This document shows, one piece after another, positions 1 to 12,905 of a stretch of DNA of 64,000 nucleotides. Within the stretch, counting starts at the first letter, position 1. Every line of letters starts with the position of its first letter. Made by a program: the position numbers and the translations under genes. Origin of the DNA: Eledone cirrhosa (lineage: Eukaryota); assembly GCA_964016885.1 (NCBI GenBank), contig OZ024742.1, forward strand, positions 95,728,001 through 95,792,000, written 5' to 3'. Under the pieces are notes generated by a model that was given only the letters and a program-made list of their open reading frames with translations, made no database searches and was not told the origin of the DNA.

Positions 1-92
1 TTCTTCTTCTTCTTCTTCTTCTTCTTCTTCTTCTGCTTCTTCTGCTTCTTCTTCATCTTCTTCTTCTTCTTCTTCTTCTTCTTCTTCGTCTT
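1..92. repeat. (TTC)n microsatellite
   Basis: Near-perfect TTC tandem array at the window start. Confidence 0.95.
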
Positions 93-288
93 CCGCGATT
101 CAATTAGAGGACGAAAACAAACAGTAACAACTCTATAACAACAAATCATACAAAATGTTGCATTGTGTGCATCAATGTGTGTGTATATATATATGTGTGT
201 GTGTGTGTATTTGTAAGTGTGTGCATGAGTGTATGCATGTATACATATATATTTGCATGCGCGAGTGCATGCATAAATATAGAGAGAG

Positions 289-395
<107 letters not shown>

Positions 396-471
396 AACCA
401 ATTACATTTTATTTTGCACGATTTTATTGCTACTCACACCACCACCACCACCACTACTATTACTACTACCC

Positions 472-504
<33 letters not shown>

Positions 505-630
505 TATTTATTCATGTCCTTGTTGATAATGTTTTCTATTAATGGTTTTATTTTCTTTAATGTTCCATTTAGTTAGATATGGGATTAACTATATATACAG
601 TCGCACACACACACGCACACATTCACACAC

Positions 631-690
<60 letters not shown>

Positions 691-1049
691 TCAAGAAATG
701 TTCAGAATTGACAGTGTGTAAACTTCCAGACGCTGAGCTCTAGCCATAAAAATGTTGATTTAGTTTGAAAACATTTCAATAAAAAATTGCAGGACCTCCG
801 AATAACAGATATATGTGAAAACTCACACACACACACACACATACACTCATATATGTGTGTTCGTGTGTAACATACATGTGTAAAAATACATATATGTATA
901 TCATTATCATTATCAAAGGCATGCCACATTGTGCCTGTCATAAAATTATTTCTTAGATATGGATGCATATGTTTGACTTCACACAAGTCTTTGAGCACAG
1001 CAACACTATGTATGAGAATACGTCTATCTATGTGTGTGTAAATATATAC

Positions 1050-1106
<57 letters not shown>

Positions 1107-1109
<3 letters not shown>

Positions 1110-1730
1110 TCATCATCCTCATCATCACCGTTTTACGTCCGTTCTTCCACGCTAGCATGGGTTAGACGGGTTGTCCTGTTGTGGGCAGTGTCTGGTCGGC
1201 TGACCATACCTTGCTCATACAGGAACTGATTTGGCTTGATTTCTACAGCTGGATGCCCTTCCTAACACCAACCTCATTTACAGTGAGTGCTGGGTGCTTT
1301 TTTGTGGCGCCTACACGTCCACTTTACAGTGCGGGCTGGGTGCTTTTTTGCCGTGGTACCTCCACGACCACCTTGCGGTGGGGAGTGTGGGGCATATTGT
1401 CTATATGCTTCAGCTTGTACCCATGGGAGGTCGGGTATTCTGTATTACTGTGTGACGCCAGAGGTCACGGTCGTGTGTCATTGCCTTTGAAAGGTGTAAT
1501 TGGGTAAGGTCGGCTTTTATCACCTCATCCCAGGTCATCTTGGGTCTCCCCACTCCGTGGTTTCCATCGACTTCTAGTGCTCTGCACCTTTTTATGCAGC
1601 TGTCATCCTTCATACGCATCACATGTCCATACCAGCGCAACCGCCTCTCCTGCACACAGCATTTGATTCCTCTTATGCTCAGTCTCTCTCTCAATTAATT
1701 TATGCTTTGTCGTTCACGTATATTACTGTT
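1107..1730 (-). mobile_element. 5'-truncated RTE LINE, subfamily B (RT C-terminus + 3' UTR + (GAT)n tail)
   Basis: ORF 1410-1694 encodes RRLRWYGHVMRM..GRPKMTWDEVIK..DRDLWR, an RTE C-terminus. The 3' UTR carries GGATGCCCTTCCTAACACCAAC, and both ends abut (TA)n. Confidence 0.9.
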
Positions 1731-1749
1731 ATATATATATATGTGTATA

Positions 1750-1959
1750 TATCATCATCATCATTGATTAATTTCTATCTTCCACGCTACCATGGGTTAG
1801 ATGGGTACATCTCATTTAGATGCAAGTTCGATCGGGTGACCATGTCTCACTCATATAGGGCTGTTTCTGGCTGGTTTTCTATAGCTGGATGCTCTTCCTA
1901 GCACCAATCACATTTACAGTGTGTGCTGGGTGATTTTTGGAGTTTCTTTTACATGACCA

Positions 1960-1993
<34 letters not shown>

Positions 1994-2490
1994 GTAATTG
2001 CTTACTCTGTAAAGTTATGTTGGTACCACAGAACATCCAGCCCACACTGTAAAGTGGTCATGTAGGTGTTATGACAAAAAAGCACCCAGTCCACATTGTA
2101 AAGTGGTTGTGTAAGAAACAGGGCAAAAAGCACCCAGCACACTGTAAATGTGGTTGGCATTAGGAAGGGCATCCAATTATAGAAAATCAGCCAGAAACAG
2201 TCTTATAATAGTGAAACACAGTCATCTGACCCAACTTGCCTTAAATGGGACAAAACCGTCTAACCCATGCTAGTATGGATGATAGAGATTAAATGATGAT
2301 GATGATGATATATATATATATACACTCACGATAAAAAGCACCCAGTACTCATTGTAAATGAGGTTGACACTAGGAAGGGCATCCAGTTGTAGAAACCAAA
2401 TCAAAATCAGTTTTGTATGAACATGAAAGTGTCACCTGACCTAGCATGTCTTACAACAGCATGGAATTATGGACATTAAACAGTGATGAT
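1750..2490. mobile_element. cluster of three degenerate RTE 3'-UTR fragments (1750-1960 -, 2015-2310 +, 2330-2490 +)
   Basis: Each has the TAGGAAGGGCATCCA motif, AAAAAGCACCCAG units and a (GAT)n tail. Confidence 0.75.
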
Positions 2491-3243
2491 ATGTTCCCCT
2501 CTCACCATCCTCTAGCTCTCTCAAGCAGCTATCCCTTCAATCACTAAACACCTTATTCCATTCATTTCCCCTCCACTATCGCTCCTCAGCTATTCTCTTC
2601 ATCACTAACCTCCCTTCTTGGCACTGATGAGAACCACATCTTTTCACTCTGAGCTTTTAACTAAATTTACTATAGCAATGTGAAAAAAAAGAAGTGTCTG
2701 ACTCAAAGACCGAACAAGGATATTCGGTCTGAGAATTGGGCCCCTGACTATTATATAAATTCTTAAACTATAGAGAAATTATTCAATAAGATAACTATAG
2801 AAAAGGATTACTCAATTTATTATATGTTTACACTGTAAGGCTCTCATGTACCTGTTAACATGCATGTAGAATGAAATAAATTGAGAAATCCTTTCATATT
2901 ATATTTATTGAATACAATGGTCAGCTAAAAAGTCCATAAGCTGACCAAGTTACTCTCATGGAATGACCAAATGAGATTTATTTTTTAACATACTCCCTGG
3001 AAAGAAACAATGCAGTTATTTATAAGAAGAGTTGAAATTAATGCATGCAAGATTTCACAGCTCCAGGATTAATTCTTCATAGTCAGCCTACGAACTTTTC
3101 AGCTGGCCCACACATATATATATGTATATGTATATATATATATGTGTGTGTGTATATATAAATACATATATGTGTGTATATATATATATACATATATACA
3201 CACATATATGTATATATATATACACACACATATATATATATAT

Positions 3244-3286
<43 letters not shown>

Positions 3287-3417
3287 CCAACACATACACA
3301 TGTGTGTCTGTGTGTATGTGCATGCATGTGTATGTGGTGACAAAATACTTTATGCTTTTTTTATATTTCTGTTCTATGTTCAGATTCCAGTGAGTGCTTT
3401 TATTTGTAACAGTGGGG

Positions 3418-3457
3418 CTGTAGTAGTAGTAGTAGTAGCAGCGGTAGCAGCACTAGT

Positions 3458-3538
<81 letters not shown>

Positions 3539-3562
3539 TGTAGTAGTAGTAATAGTAGTATT
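3418..3562. repeat. (GTA)n/(GCA)n trinucleotide microsatellite
   Basis: Read directly. Confidence 0.9.
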
Positions 3563-3904
3563 ATGAGTTGCATGTGCTAAATAGGATGATGGGATTATAT
3601 CTTATATGTCTAGTTGATACTGAACCCCCAAATCTAAAGCAGCTCTTTTGTCACCCTTGTACTTGACAAGTCTTTTTCAATTAATTCCCCAAAATTCATA
3701 TAAATCTGTATGGTAGTATGCCAGTGAGCAATGGTGCAGGAATGAAAAAAATGTTTATTAAATTAGGATTTCCAAAACTATAGACAAACTCTGTCAACTG
3801 CTATTAGGCAGTCTTAATCCTTTTGGGATATCAGAAGAAAATTAGAAGCAGCATTGTTTCCCTTCCTTGCCTCCTTCTTTCCTTATTTATGCACTGCTAG
3901 ATGC

Positions 3905-4262
3905 AGACATGGCTAGTTGGTTAAGATGTGTGCTTTGCAAACATGATATTCTGTGTTCAACCCTGCTGTGTGTCATTTTGAACAAGTGTCTTTACCAAAC
4001 ACTCAGTTTGACTCAAGTCTTTTGAGTGAATACATTTTTTTTAATATGGTGGTTAAAACGTTTACTTCACAATCATGATACCCTATGTTCGATCTCATTG
4101 AGTAGCATCTTATACATGTGTAATCTAACATATCCTCAATTAAACTGAAGCCTTATGAATGACACATGTTTTGGCTCAACAGTTAAGAAGTTCACATTTC
4201 AATCATAAGATTCTTTGCAAGTGAAATTGGATAGTAATAAATTATGTGAAAGCCCATCAGAT
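3905..4262 (+). mobile_element. three tandem degenerate tRNA-derived SINE heads (family B-like)
   Basis: Repeated TGG..GTTAAG A-box-like and GTTCAA/GTTCGA B-box-like motifs, with a CAAGTGTC-like core. Confidence 0.55.
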
Positions 4263-5254
4263 GGATTGTATATATTTAATAAAAAGGTCCAGCTTTGTCA
4301 CATAGTGGTTTGGTTTGAGAATTGCATTAAACCTTTCATGACCGCATTACTAATGAAATATACTCTACTGTAATTAACTAATGAAGACTTTTGAGAGATT
4401 TACTAAAATTATTCATTATTTCATTATTAAGATAGTGACTTAATGTAAAGTTCTTATATAAAATTATATTGGAAAATTTATATTTAAATTGGAAACTTTT
4501 AATATGGGTGGCTTTATTTCATAAAATCAGAGCTGGTTTGGGCTGGGTTGGCAACTAAAGGGTGAAGTGAACAGATGTCTGTGGAATACACAACCACTTA
4601 TGCATCAGTTCATGAATTAGATGTTTGATTAATTGAACAATTGAATGTTCATCATCAAAACTAGCAGAGTATACCCTCATCTTCACTTAGAATACTTAAT
4701 TATTTAAACTTTTTGTATTAGAATGCTTACAATAGTTAATTATTTATACTTTTTGACAACCTCACTAGTGCTAGCACCATGATAAAATGTACCCAGTGGA
4801 TCTGCAAATTGGTTGGCTTTAGAAAGAGCATCCAACTGTTTAAACCATGTCAAAATATAGGACATATGAGCAAAGACTGGTTCCTGGTCTTGGACAATTT
4901 TTTTCCCATCCAACACATGCCAGCAAGGAAAGTGGACATAAAATGAAGATGATAAAAATGTCTACCTTCTGTAGTTGCCAAATAGGGTGTAGAACATATG
5001 GATAAATTCTGGTAGTTATTGCTTGAGGCTATTTTACACCTTCTTAGATCAGAATTGAATACAGAAGGTACAGAGACAGAATGAATGCCCCTATCCCTTT
5101 TCCAATGTTCAGTATCCTGGATCATTCAGTCAAATTAATTGCTTACTGTTTATATGATTAGTAATGAATCTGTCTTGTAAACTAAATGATTTGCGGAAAT
5201 TGAATTACAAAACAGTAGCACTGCACTCTGTATCATTATTATCATAATCATCAG

Positions 5255-6020
5255 GGTAGTGAATAAGCAGAATTAGTGGAGTGCAGTATGCATTGGTTCC
5301 TGCACTTTAAATTCCAAGTTGAACGTTGCCTTTCATCCTTCTGGGGTCAATATTTGTAAGAAAATTTCAGTAGAGCTGGCCAGTAGAAGGTTTTCAGAGT
5401 AGAAGCTTGCTTCATGCAAGTGTTTTGGCCTTCAACTTTTTTCACTCTAAGGGGGCCGGTTCATATCTTGGTCATGACTCCTGAGTGCTTAATTCTTAAT
5501 CCATAGGCATCTTTGCAGATTGTCCCCGAATATGTCTAGCTTGTGTTCCGCAGTGCTTTTTCCTTTCGGCATATTCAGTTTCTAGACTATTTTCCCCTCC
5601 TGAGTCTTTCATTCTTCTTTTGTATTTACAGGTGATATATTAAGCTTATGACATCTGGTATCAAAAGCCCGCACAAATTCCTCATCTGAATCAACAACAT
5701 TGATGTCCTTAGCACTGTGGTTTGACTCCTAACTTTGATTTTCTGATATAAAAATACCAGTCACATACTAAGGTTAATTTATCAACTTTGCTCTTCCTCC
5801 AAATTTGCTGGCCTGTTGCCTAAATTAGAAAAATGGCGATGGCAGTATCAGTAGAGCATCAGACAACATACTTTGCAAAATATAATTACAGTTCTTTATG
5901 TTCTGTGTTCAAATCCCACTGAGGTCAACTTTGCCTTTCATCCTTCCAGGGCTGCTAAAATAAAGTACCAGTAAAGTGATTGCCCTCCCTATAAATTTGC
6001 TGGCCTGTTGCCTAAAATAA
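5255..6020 (+). mobile_element. two SINE family A copies; the first is split by a ~400-bp insert (5353-5748)
   Basis: The core GCCTTTCATCCTTCTGGGGTCAATA breaks at 5352 and resumes AAAATACCAG at ~5751. The second copy spans 5836-6020. Confidence 0.7.
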
Positions 6021-6024
6021 AAGT

Positions 6025-6480
6025 TCTATTATCATAATCATCGACAAAATCACTATTTTCATTGTTAACACCATTATCATCCTTAGCATCATCAATACCA
6101 CTATTAGTATCATCTTCACTATCATTACCACCAATACCAACCCCATTACATTTATCATCACGCCCACCACTATTGATACCACCATCAACATAATTATCAC
6201 CTTTATTATCAGTATCACTATCTTCACCGCTCTTCTCATCAGTCATCACCATCATTAATGCCACTTTCAGAAACCTGTCCATCAACATAATTTTGGCCCA
6301 AATCACCATCACTAATGCCTATATCACCACCACATCCACCACCATCATCAGCCCAACCAGCATTGTCTTCGCCAACATCACTGTCAGTAACATCATCATA
6401 ATCACACAATCATCATTACAACCATCATCACCACTATCAATACCACCACCATCATTGTCTTCATCACTATTGTTCTCATC
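6025..6480. repeat. degenerate (CAT/CAC)n low-complexity tract
   Basis: Decayed trinucleotide repeat. Its ORFs are poly-M/V/I/D translations. Confidence 0.8.
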
Positions 6481-6909
6481 TAATCACAAAACCAAAGGTC
6501 TGGTATATTGAATATAAGATGAAACCAGCCTGAGGATACAAAGCAACATTATTTGTACCTAACTAGATATGGTAAAATATTTTACACTTAATTAGATATG
6601 GTAAAATTCTGTGGAGCATTAAAAATGGCTTGTTTAAACATTAATCTCTGCAGTTTCTAATGACCTACATAGATAATTCAGTTAAGATTCATTTATTTTT
6701 TAATAGATTCTGTCATTAAGCCATGGCCATTCTTGGGCACAAACCTGAAGGGATTTAGCTTGTTGTATCAACCCCAGTACTACTTGTTTTCAAGCCTGGT
6801 ACATATTTTATCAATCTGTTTTCGGTGAAACCTTTGAAGTTATGGGACATAAATAAACAGTAAATGTAAACACACACAGTCACACAAAACACACACATTC
6901 ATATAATTA

Positions 6910-7405
6910 TCATCATCATCATCATCATCAGGTTTAGCGTCCGTGTTCCACGCTTGCATGGGTTTGGACGGGGGTTTTCCCACTTGAGGCAAGAGTGGTT
7001 GTCTTGCTCGCATAGGACTGTCTGGCGGGTTTTCTACAGTTGGATGCCCTTCCTAACACCAACCACATTTACAGTGTGGGGCTGGGAGGTTTTTACCGTG
7101 TTGCCTACACGGCCACATTACAGCGTGGACTGTCTGGCGGGTTTTCTACAGCTGGATGCCCTTCCTAACACCAACCACATTTACAGTGTGGGGCTGGGAG
7201 GTTTTTACCGTGTTGCCTACACGGCCACATTTACAGCGTGGACTGTGTGTTTTTTGTCGTGACACCTACACGATCTCATTTGTTTCGGCCTGGATGTTGT
7301 GGGACCAACATAACTTTACATTGAAAGGGGCGGTGTGGGTGGGGAGGAGGTGGTGGGACGGGGGTCTGTTTTGATAGAGATGCCTACTGACTGTAGTAGG
7401 TTTTT
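6910..7405 (-). mobile_element. RTE subfamily A 3'-UTR-only insertion with a duplicated ~117-bp module
   Basis: Nearly identical to the reverse complement of 26055-26542, with a (GAT)n tail. Confidence 0.9.
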
Positions 7406-8209
7406 ATATACACACAAATACCCCCCCCCCATATATATTTATATATATATATATATTTATTTATTTATATATACTGCACACTCTACCTAGTTATCATTGG
7501 TTTTTGTTTTCTGTTAAAATACCATGGATTGTATCTGCACCTTTTACCTTTGCCATGTGAATTTGAATAAAAAGAATCACTCTATCAGGTTTTACCATAT
7601 TTTGATCTCTTGTCATGTTGTATTGTAATTTCTGGTGTACTGGAAGGAGCATTTCTGCCTTTGATGCCTAGAAATGGTGATCTCCAGCAGACAGCTGAGG
7701 AAAGAGGTATGTGTTCGTATTTTTCCATTGTCTGTCCAAAGCATTGGTCAACCTGAGGTTATATGCTAAAATCCACTGGCTCAAGATGCCATGCAGAGGG
7801 TCTGAACTGAATATCATATAGCTGCAAAGCAAACTCCTCAACAATTCAGCTGTGGCAGTTCATTTATCCATGACGTTTCTTAATATTGGGCTAAATTTAT
7901 TTAAACAATGAGTCTACTATCAGTTTCAATGATAAGCATTCAGTTGGTCAATCAACAGTGTGTCTAATTCATGAAATAATGCGTAACACAATTCCCTAGC
8001 CAAATCATTGTGACACAGTATATGAATAAACTGGTCATTTGAATTACAGGTATAATTTATCCAATGAACTACCACAGTGTCTACTAACTCAGTTTCATTC
8101 ATGGGGTACATGTCAATTAAACTCTTGCCCAAGTTTCTACACAGGGAGATCAAATCTGGGACCTCATGATTACAAAGAAAATTAGATAATAAGACATTCA
8201 TATATACAT

Positions 8210-8620
8210 GCAACGTACACTATTACATGGAAGTGAGACATGGACAGTAAATGTACAGAATATGCAAAGGCTGGAATGAAATGAAGCAAGTATACTTCAA
8301 TGGATGTGTGGCGTTAATATGCATGAACAGCAAAACATGGATGGACTGAAAGAACAAAAATCTGATATAAGAAGAATCAAATGCAGTGCACAAAAGAGAA
8401 GCCTGTGTTGATATGAACATGGAATGTGTATAGATGGTGACTGCTGGGAGAAAAAGTGCCAGGAGTTCCCTGTAGTAGAGGATGACCAAGAAAGACATGG
8501 GAGGAAGTGGTGATAGCAGATTTTAAAACAATGAGACATACAGAGGAGTTGGCAAAGGTATGCAGTAGGTGAAGGGAAACTGTACTGGTAAAGACCCATC
8601 CAACCAATGAAGAACAACCA
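8210..8620 (+). pseudogene. old degenerate RTE RT C-terminal fragment
   Basis: Translates with stops and frameshifts as LHGSETW..LE*NEASILQWMC..G*PRKTWEEV. Confidence 0.75.
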
Positions 8621-8939
8621 ACAATACCAACTCCATCAGCCATTCCTCCTTGAGGGGTTCCTTCCTTTGGTGGAGTAAAATAATAGTCTGGAAACCAAGG
8701 ACATTGTAGGTTACAATGAAACTTGGCATGAATAGAAAACAGTAAATGCCTGGTAATTTAATCATCTTATACTACTCAACATTGTTGGGTGTCAGTGCCT
8801 GAGTTTGTGACCAAAATTATGAAGGGATTTGACCATGCTTAGGATGCAAGCCTTCAAACTTTCAGATATGAGTCAAATACCTTATCGAGCAAAAGTAATT
8901 CTTTTCATTTTTGCTGGCTAGTGAGATGCTTCACTTGGT

Positions 8940-9400
8940 AGCAATGACAGCAACAGTGGAGGTGGCAGTGGTGGTGTGTGGTGGTGGTGGTGTGTGGTGG
9001 GGTGGGGTGGTGTGTTGTTGTTGTGGTGGTGGTGTGTGGTGGTGGTGGTGGTGGTGGTGTGTGGTAGTGGTTATAATGGTAGGAGCATTAGTGGTGGCAT
9101 TCATTGTATCAGTGGCATTAGGGGTGGTGGTGTTGGTGATGCTGGTGATAATGTCAATAATGGTGATGATTGCAGTGACAGCAGTGGTGGTAGTTATGGT
9201 AGTTGCGATGGTGCTGATGGTGGTGTTCTTGGTAATGATGATGTTGATGCTTTTAGTGGCCATGGTGAAGGTTGTGTTGAAAGTAGCAGTAAAGGAAACT
9301 GTGGTATTTTTTGGTGGTAGGGTAGGTTCTGGAGACAGGTGTGGTAAAGATGGCTGCAGTGGTGATGTTGCTGGCAACTGTGGTGATGTCAACTGTAGTG
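8940..9400. repeat. degenerate (GGT/GAT)n low-complexity tract
   Basis: Read directly. Confidence 0.8.
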
Positions 9401-9769
9401 TGTAACTTTACAATTACCTTTGTCACAACCAATATTCCTGTTACTTTTTCTACTTCTGTACTTGTCTCTCTGAATTTTATTTTGTTTATAGGCTATATTT
9501 GGTTATTTTGTTTTGTTTTCTATGTTTGTGTTCACAGCAATGCTTTTCTCATGGAATTCTAATTCCCTCTACTTCTGCTTTACTTTCTCATAACAAAATA
9601 AACAGGCACACATTACACATGTGCATATGTATGTATATTTATATATATGTGTGTTAATGTGTATATGACTGAATATATATACATACATATATATGAATGT
9701 GTATGTATATATATGTTTGTGTATATGTCATCATGAGTTAGTGTTCATTTTCTTCACTACAAAGGGTTT

Positions 9770-9817
<48 letters not shown>

Positions 9818-9819
<2 letters not shown>

Positions 9820-10769
9820 GAAAAATTGAACAGGGACAGAACAGAGAGACAGTACGACAAATGTTTATTAAATTCACGCTCAGGAGAGTGGGGGGTAGGT
9901 GGAGGACGACGTTTTGGGCATAAGCCCTTCTTCAGGTGAGAGTTCAAAAGGTGTGTAGGGGAGTGGTGGAGAGACATATAGCGAAAGGAAACGGTGCGAA
10001 TGAAAAATTAACAAATAAAGACAAAAATATAATAAATAATAAATAAAAATAAAGCATGATCAAAATACAAGGAATGAGAATATTTAAAAATAAAGGCATG
10101 ATCAAAATAAACTGAAATTAAAAGGGGGGTAAATAGGTGGTGGAAGGGTGTGGGGTGAGTAGAGGTGGAGGCGGGTGGAGTGGGGAGAAGGAGACGGGGT
10201 GTCCGAGCGGGGAGGGCTGAAGGTGGTGTGTGTGGTTAGGTGTGCGTGTGTGTGTGTGTGTGTGTATGTGAAAGTGAGGGTTGGGGGAAGAACGGGGTTG
10301 CATGTTCAGGAAGGTGTGTGTGGGGGGTGTTTTTGTGTGTCGGAGGATCTGTGCGTGTGTGGATAGGGGGTGGGGGGAGAGGAATCAGGGGGCTGAGGGT
10401 GTAAATATGTGGTGGGAAGCACGTGTGTGTGGTTTAAGCGTGTTGTGGGTGTGGGTGGCGTGTGGATAAAAAAAATTGTTTTGGGATGTGTGTGTGGGTG
10501 AGTTATATAGGTGATGGTGTTAGAGGATGGTTGAAAGTGGCAAGTTACACGGATGTATGGAGATTTTGGTTGGAAGTCAAAACGCGTGTGGGTAATCAAA
10601 GAAGCGGTGGTCGGAAGAGGAGAGATGTGGGGTGCGCGCGCAACAGGAAGTGGTCAGCAGTGGAAGTGCTGTGGTCAGTTGGTGCTGAGACAGTGGTCGG
10701 AAGGGCATAGCAGCAGTCAGCGGAATGGTAGGGAGGCGAGGATGGGTAGGTGTGAGAGTTGGAGTGAGG

Positions 10770-10810
<41 letters not shown>

Positions 10811-11340
10811 TAGTAGGGGTGTTAGTGGGATGAGTGAGTGTGGAGTGGGGAGAGAAGGGTGTGTGTGATTCTATGGAGGGAGTGTGGTGTACTGGTGTGT
10901 GTGTAGTTTGGTGAGGAGGTGTTAGTGGGTGTTAGTAGACGGGAGGTGGGCAGGGGTGGAATGCAGGTGTGAGTGGGGGTTAGTGGGGGTAGGGTGTGTA
11001 GAGTTGGTGGTGTACGAGGGTGTGTGGGTACGTGTGCGTGGGGTTGGAGGGTGTTAGTGATGTTAGTTGCGTGTGGGGTGGGTGGTGTAAGTGTGTGCGT
11101 GTGATAAGGAGGGGGGAGGAGGAGAAGAGGGGAGGGAATGGATGTTAGTATGTTAGTTGGGGAAGGGTGGTCAGATGAGGGGTGGAGTGGAGGTGTTAGT
11201 ATTGTTAGTGTGGGGTGGGCGGTGAAAAGGAGGGGTGTGTTAGTGGTGTTAGTGGGGGATAAGTGGGGGAGGGGGGCGGTCGAACGCTAAAGGAATAAGG
11301 GTGGGGAGTTCAGGCCGGGGGGAGTGTGGGTCTGTAAGAT
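9818..11340 (-). mobile_element. Penelope-like element 3' fragment: GIY-YIG C-terminal tail, ~1.4-kb CA-rich 3' UTR and degenerate hammerhead
   Basis: The minus strand from 11340 reads ILQTHTPPGLNSPPLFL*, matching the PLE terminal T..P.GLN motif. CTGAAGAAGGGCTTATGCCCAAAACGTC lies at 9935-9908, there is an AATAAA near the end, and both ends are in (TA)n. Confidence 0.7.
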
Positions 11341-11764
11341 AAATATATATATATGTATGTATATGTATATATATGTGTGAGCCTGTTTCTACAATAACAT
11401 TTGTATACAGAATTCATTTTCAACCATTGTTTCATGAGTTAAGAAATGATAGGGAAGACCTAAATATGGTATGTAATTATTTTCCCTTCAAAATATACCA
11501 AAAAGTATATCGAAATTTAGACTGTCTACAATAATACATATATTTGCTTTTGCTGAAATTAGGTGTGTGATGATGGTTACAACCTTAAACATTCATAGCA
11601 AAATGTTTGTAAATATTTTCCATAAACATCCCAAATATTATTTGATATAAAACACATACACACATGTGTATAGCACTATGTTGGAGCACCAATACTAATT
11701 TATATATATAAATTAGCATTGGGGCTCCAGCATAGCATCGTATATATATATATATAGAGAGAGA

Positions 11765-12048
11765 GAGCAAAAGAAGGAAAAATAACATGGACAGCTGTAT
11801 AATAGGGTTTATTTACAGTATTGACAATTGTTTCATTAGTCCGGTGTGCCTAAAAGATGCTGATCGTTAGAAGTTATGTCACTCGACCTTAATTACAGTT
11901 GATACCTGACCAAGTGGTCAGAATAAACGAGCTACCCGACAAAAGAGACTTCTTGTTGAATCAAAGGATGCCATATGTTAAAACTATCCTTGATACAGCG
12001 TACTCATAACCTCTAGCTGGATGACCTTCAACGATACCTTTTTATCCT
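11765..12048 (-). mobile_element. probable PLE 3'-end fragment between microsatellites
   Basis: Minus-strand GAAACAATTGTCA (HHR GAAA, palindromic stem III, UC) at 11834-11822. No CUGANGA core was seen. Flanked by (TA)/(GA) tracts. Confidence 0.4.
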
Positions 12049-12186
12049 ATATATATACCTGTATATGTATATATATATATATATACATATATATGTATAT
12101 ATATATATATACATATATATGTATATATATATATACATATATATGTATGTATATATATATCTATATATATATGTATATGTATGTAT

Positions 12187-12218
<32 letters not shown>

Positions 12219-12247
12219 GTATATATATGTATATATGTATATGATAT

Positions 12248-12295
<48 letters not shown>

Positions 12296-12303
12296 GTATA
12301 TGT

Positions 12304-12379
<76 letters not shown>

Positions 12380-12416
12380 GTATATGTATATATATATATG
12401 TATCTGTATATATATA

Positions 12417-12903
12417 AAAGCCGACCTTACCCAACTACACCTCTCAAAGGCGATGACACACGACCGTGACCTCTGGCGTCACGCAGTAATACAGAGTACC
12501 CGAACTCCCATGGGTACAAGCTGAAGCATATAGACAATATGCCCCCACACACCCCCCACTGCATGTTGGTCGTGGAGGTGCCACGGCAAAAAAGCACCCA
12601 GCCCACACTGTAAAGTGGATGTGTAGGCGCCACGGCAAAAAAGCACCCAGCCCACACTGTAAAGTGGATGTGTAGGCGCCACGGCAAAAAAGCACCCAGC
12701 CCACACTGTAAAGTGGATGTGTAGGCGCCACGAGAAAGCACCCAGCACTCACTGTAAATATGTTGGTGTTAGGAAGGGCATCCAGCTGTAGAAATCAAGC
12801 CAAATCAGTTCCTGTATGAACAAGGCAGAAACTGCCCACAACAGGACAACCCGTCTAACCCATGCTAGTGTGGAAGAACGGACATAAAACGGTGATGATG
12901 ATG
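12417..12903 (+). mobile_element. 5'-truncated RTE subfamily B with an expanded ~50-bp 3'-UTR tandem repeat
   Basis: Encodes [22 protein letters not shown], same family as 1107-1730. Has 3+ copies of CCACGGCAAAAAAGCACCCAGCCCACACTGTAAAGTGGATGTGTAGGCG and a (GAT)n tail. Confidence 0.9.
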
Positions 12904-12905
12904 GT

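Noticed and set aside
7625-7715. Possible exon ending at GAG|GTATGT
   Set aside because: No convincing acceptor and no recognisable peptide.
10100-11290. Telomere-like GT-rich tract (GTGTTAGTG units)
   Set aside because: Not regular TTAGGG repeats. It lies between a PLE ORF end and an HHR remnant, so it is read as a PLE 3' UTR.
12584-12752. Regularly spaced direct repeats resembling a CRISPR array
   Set aside because: Units are contiguous with no unique spacers, lie in an RTE 3' UTR in eukaryotic DNA, and no cas genes are present.
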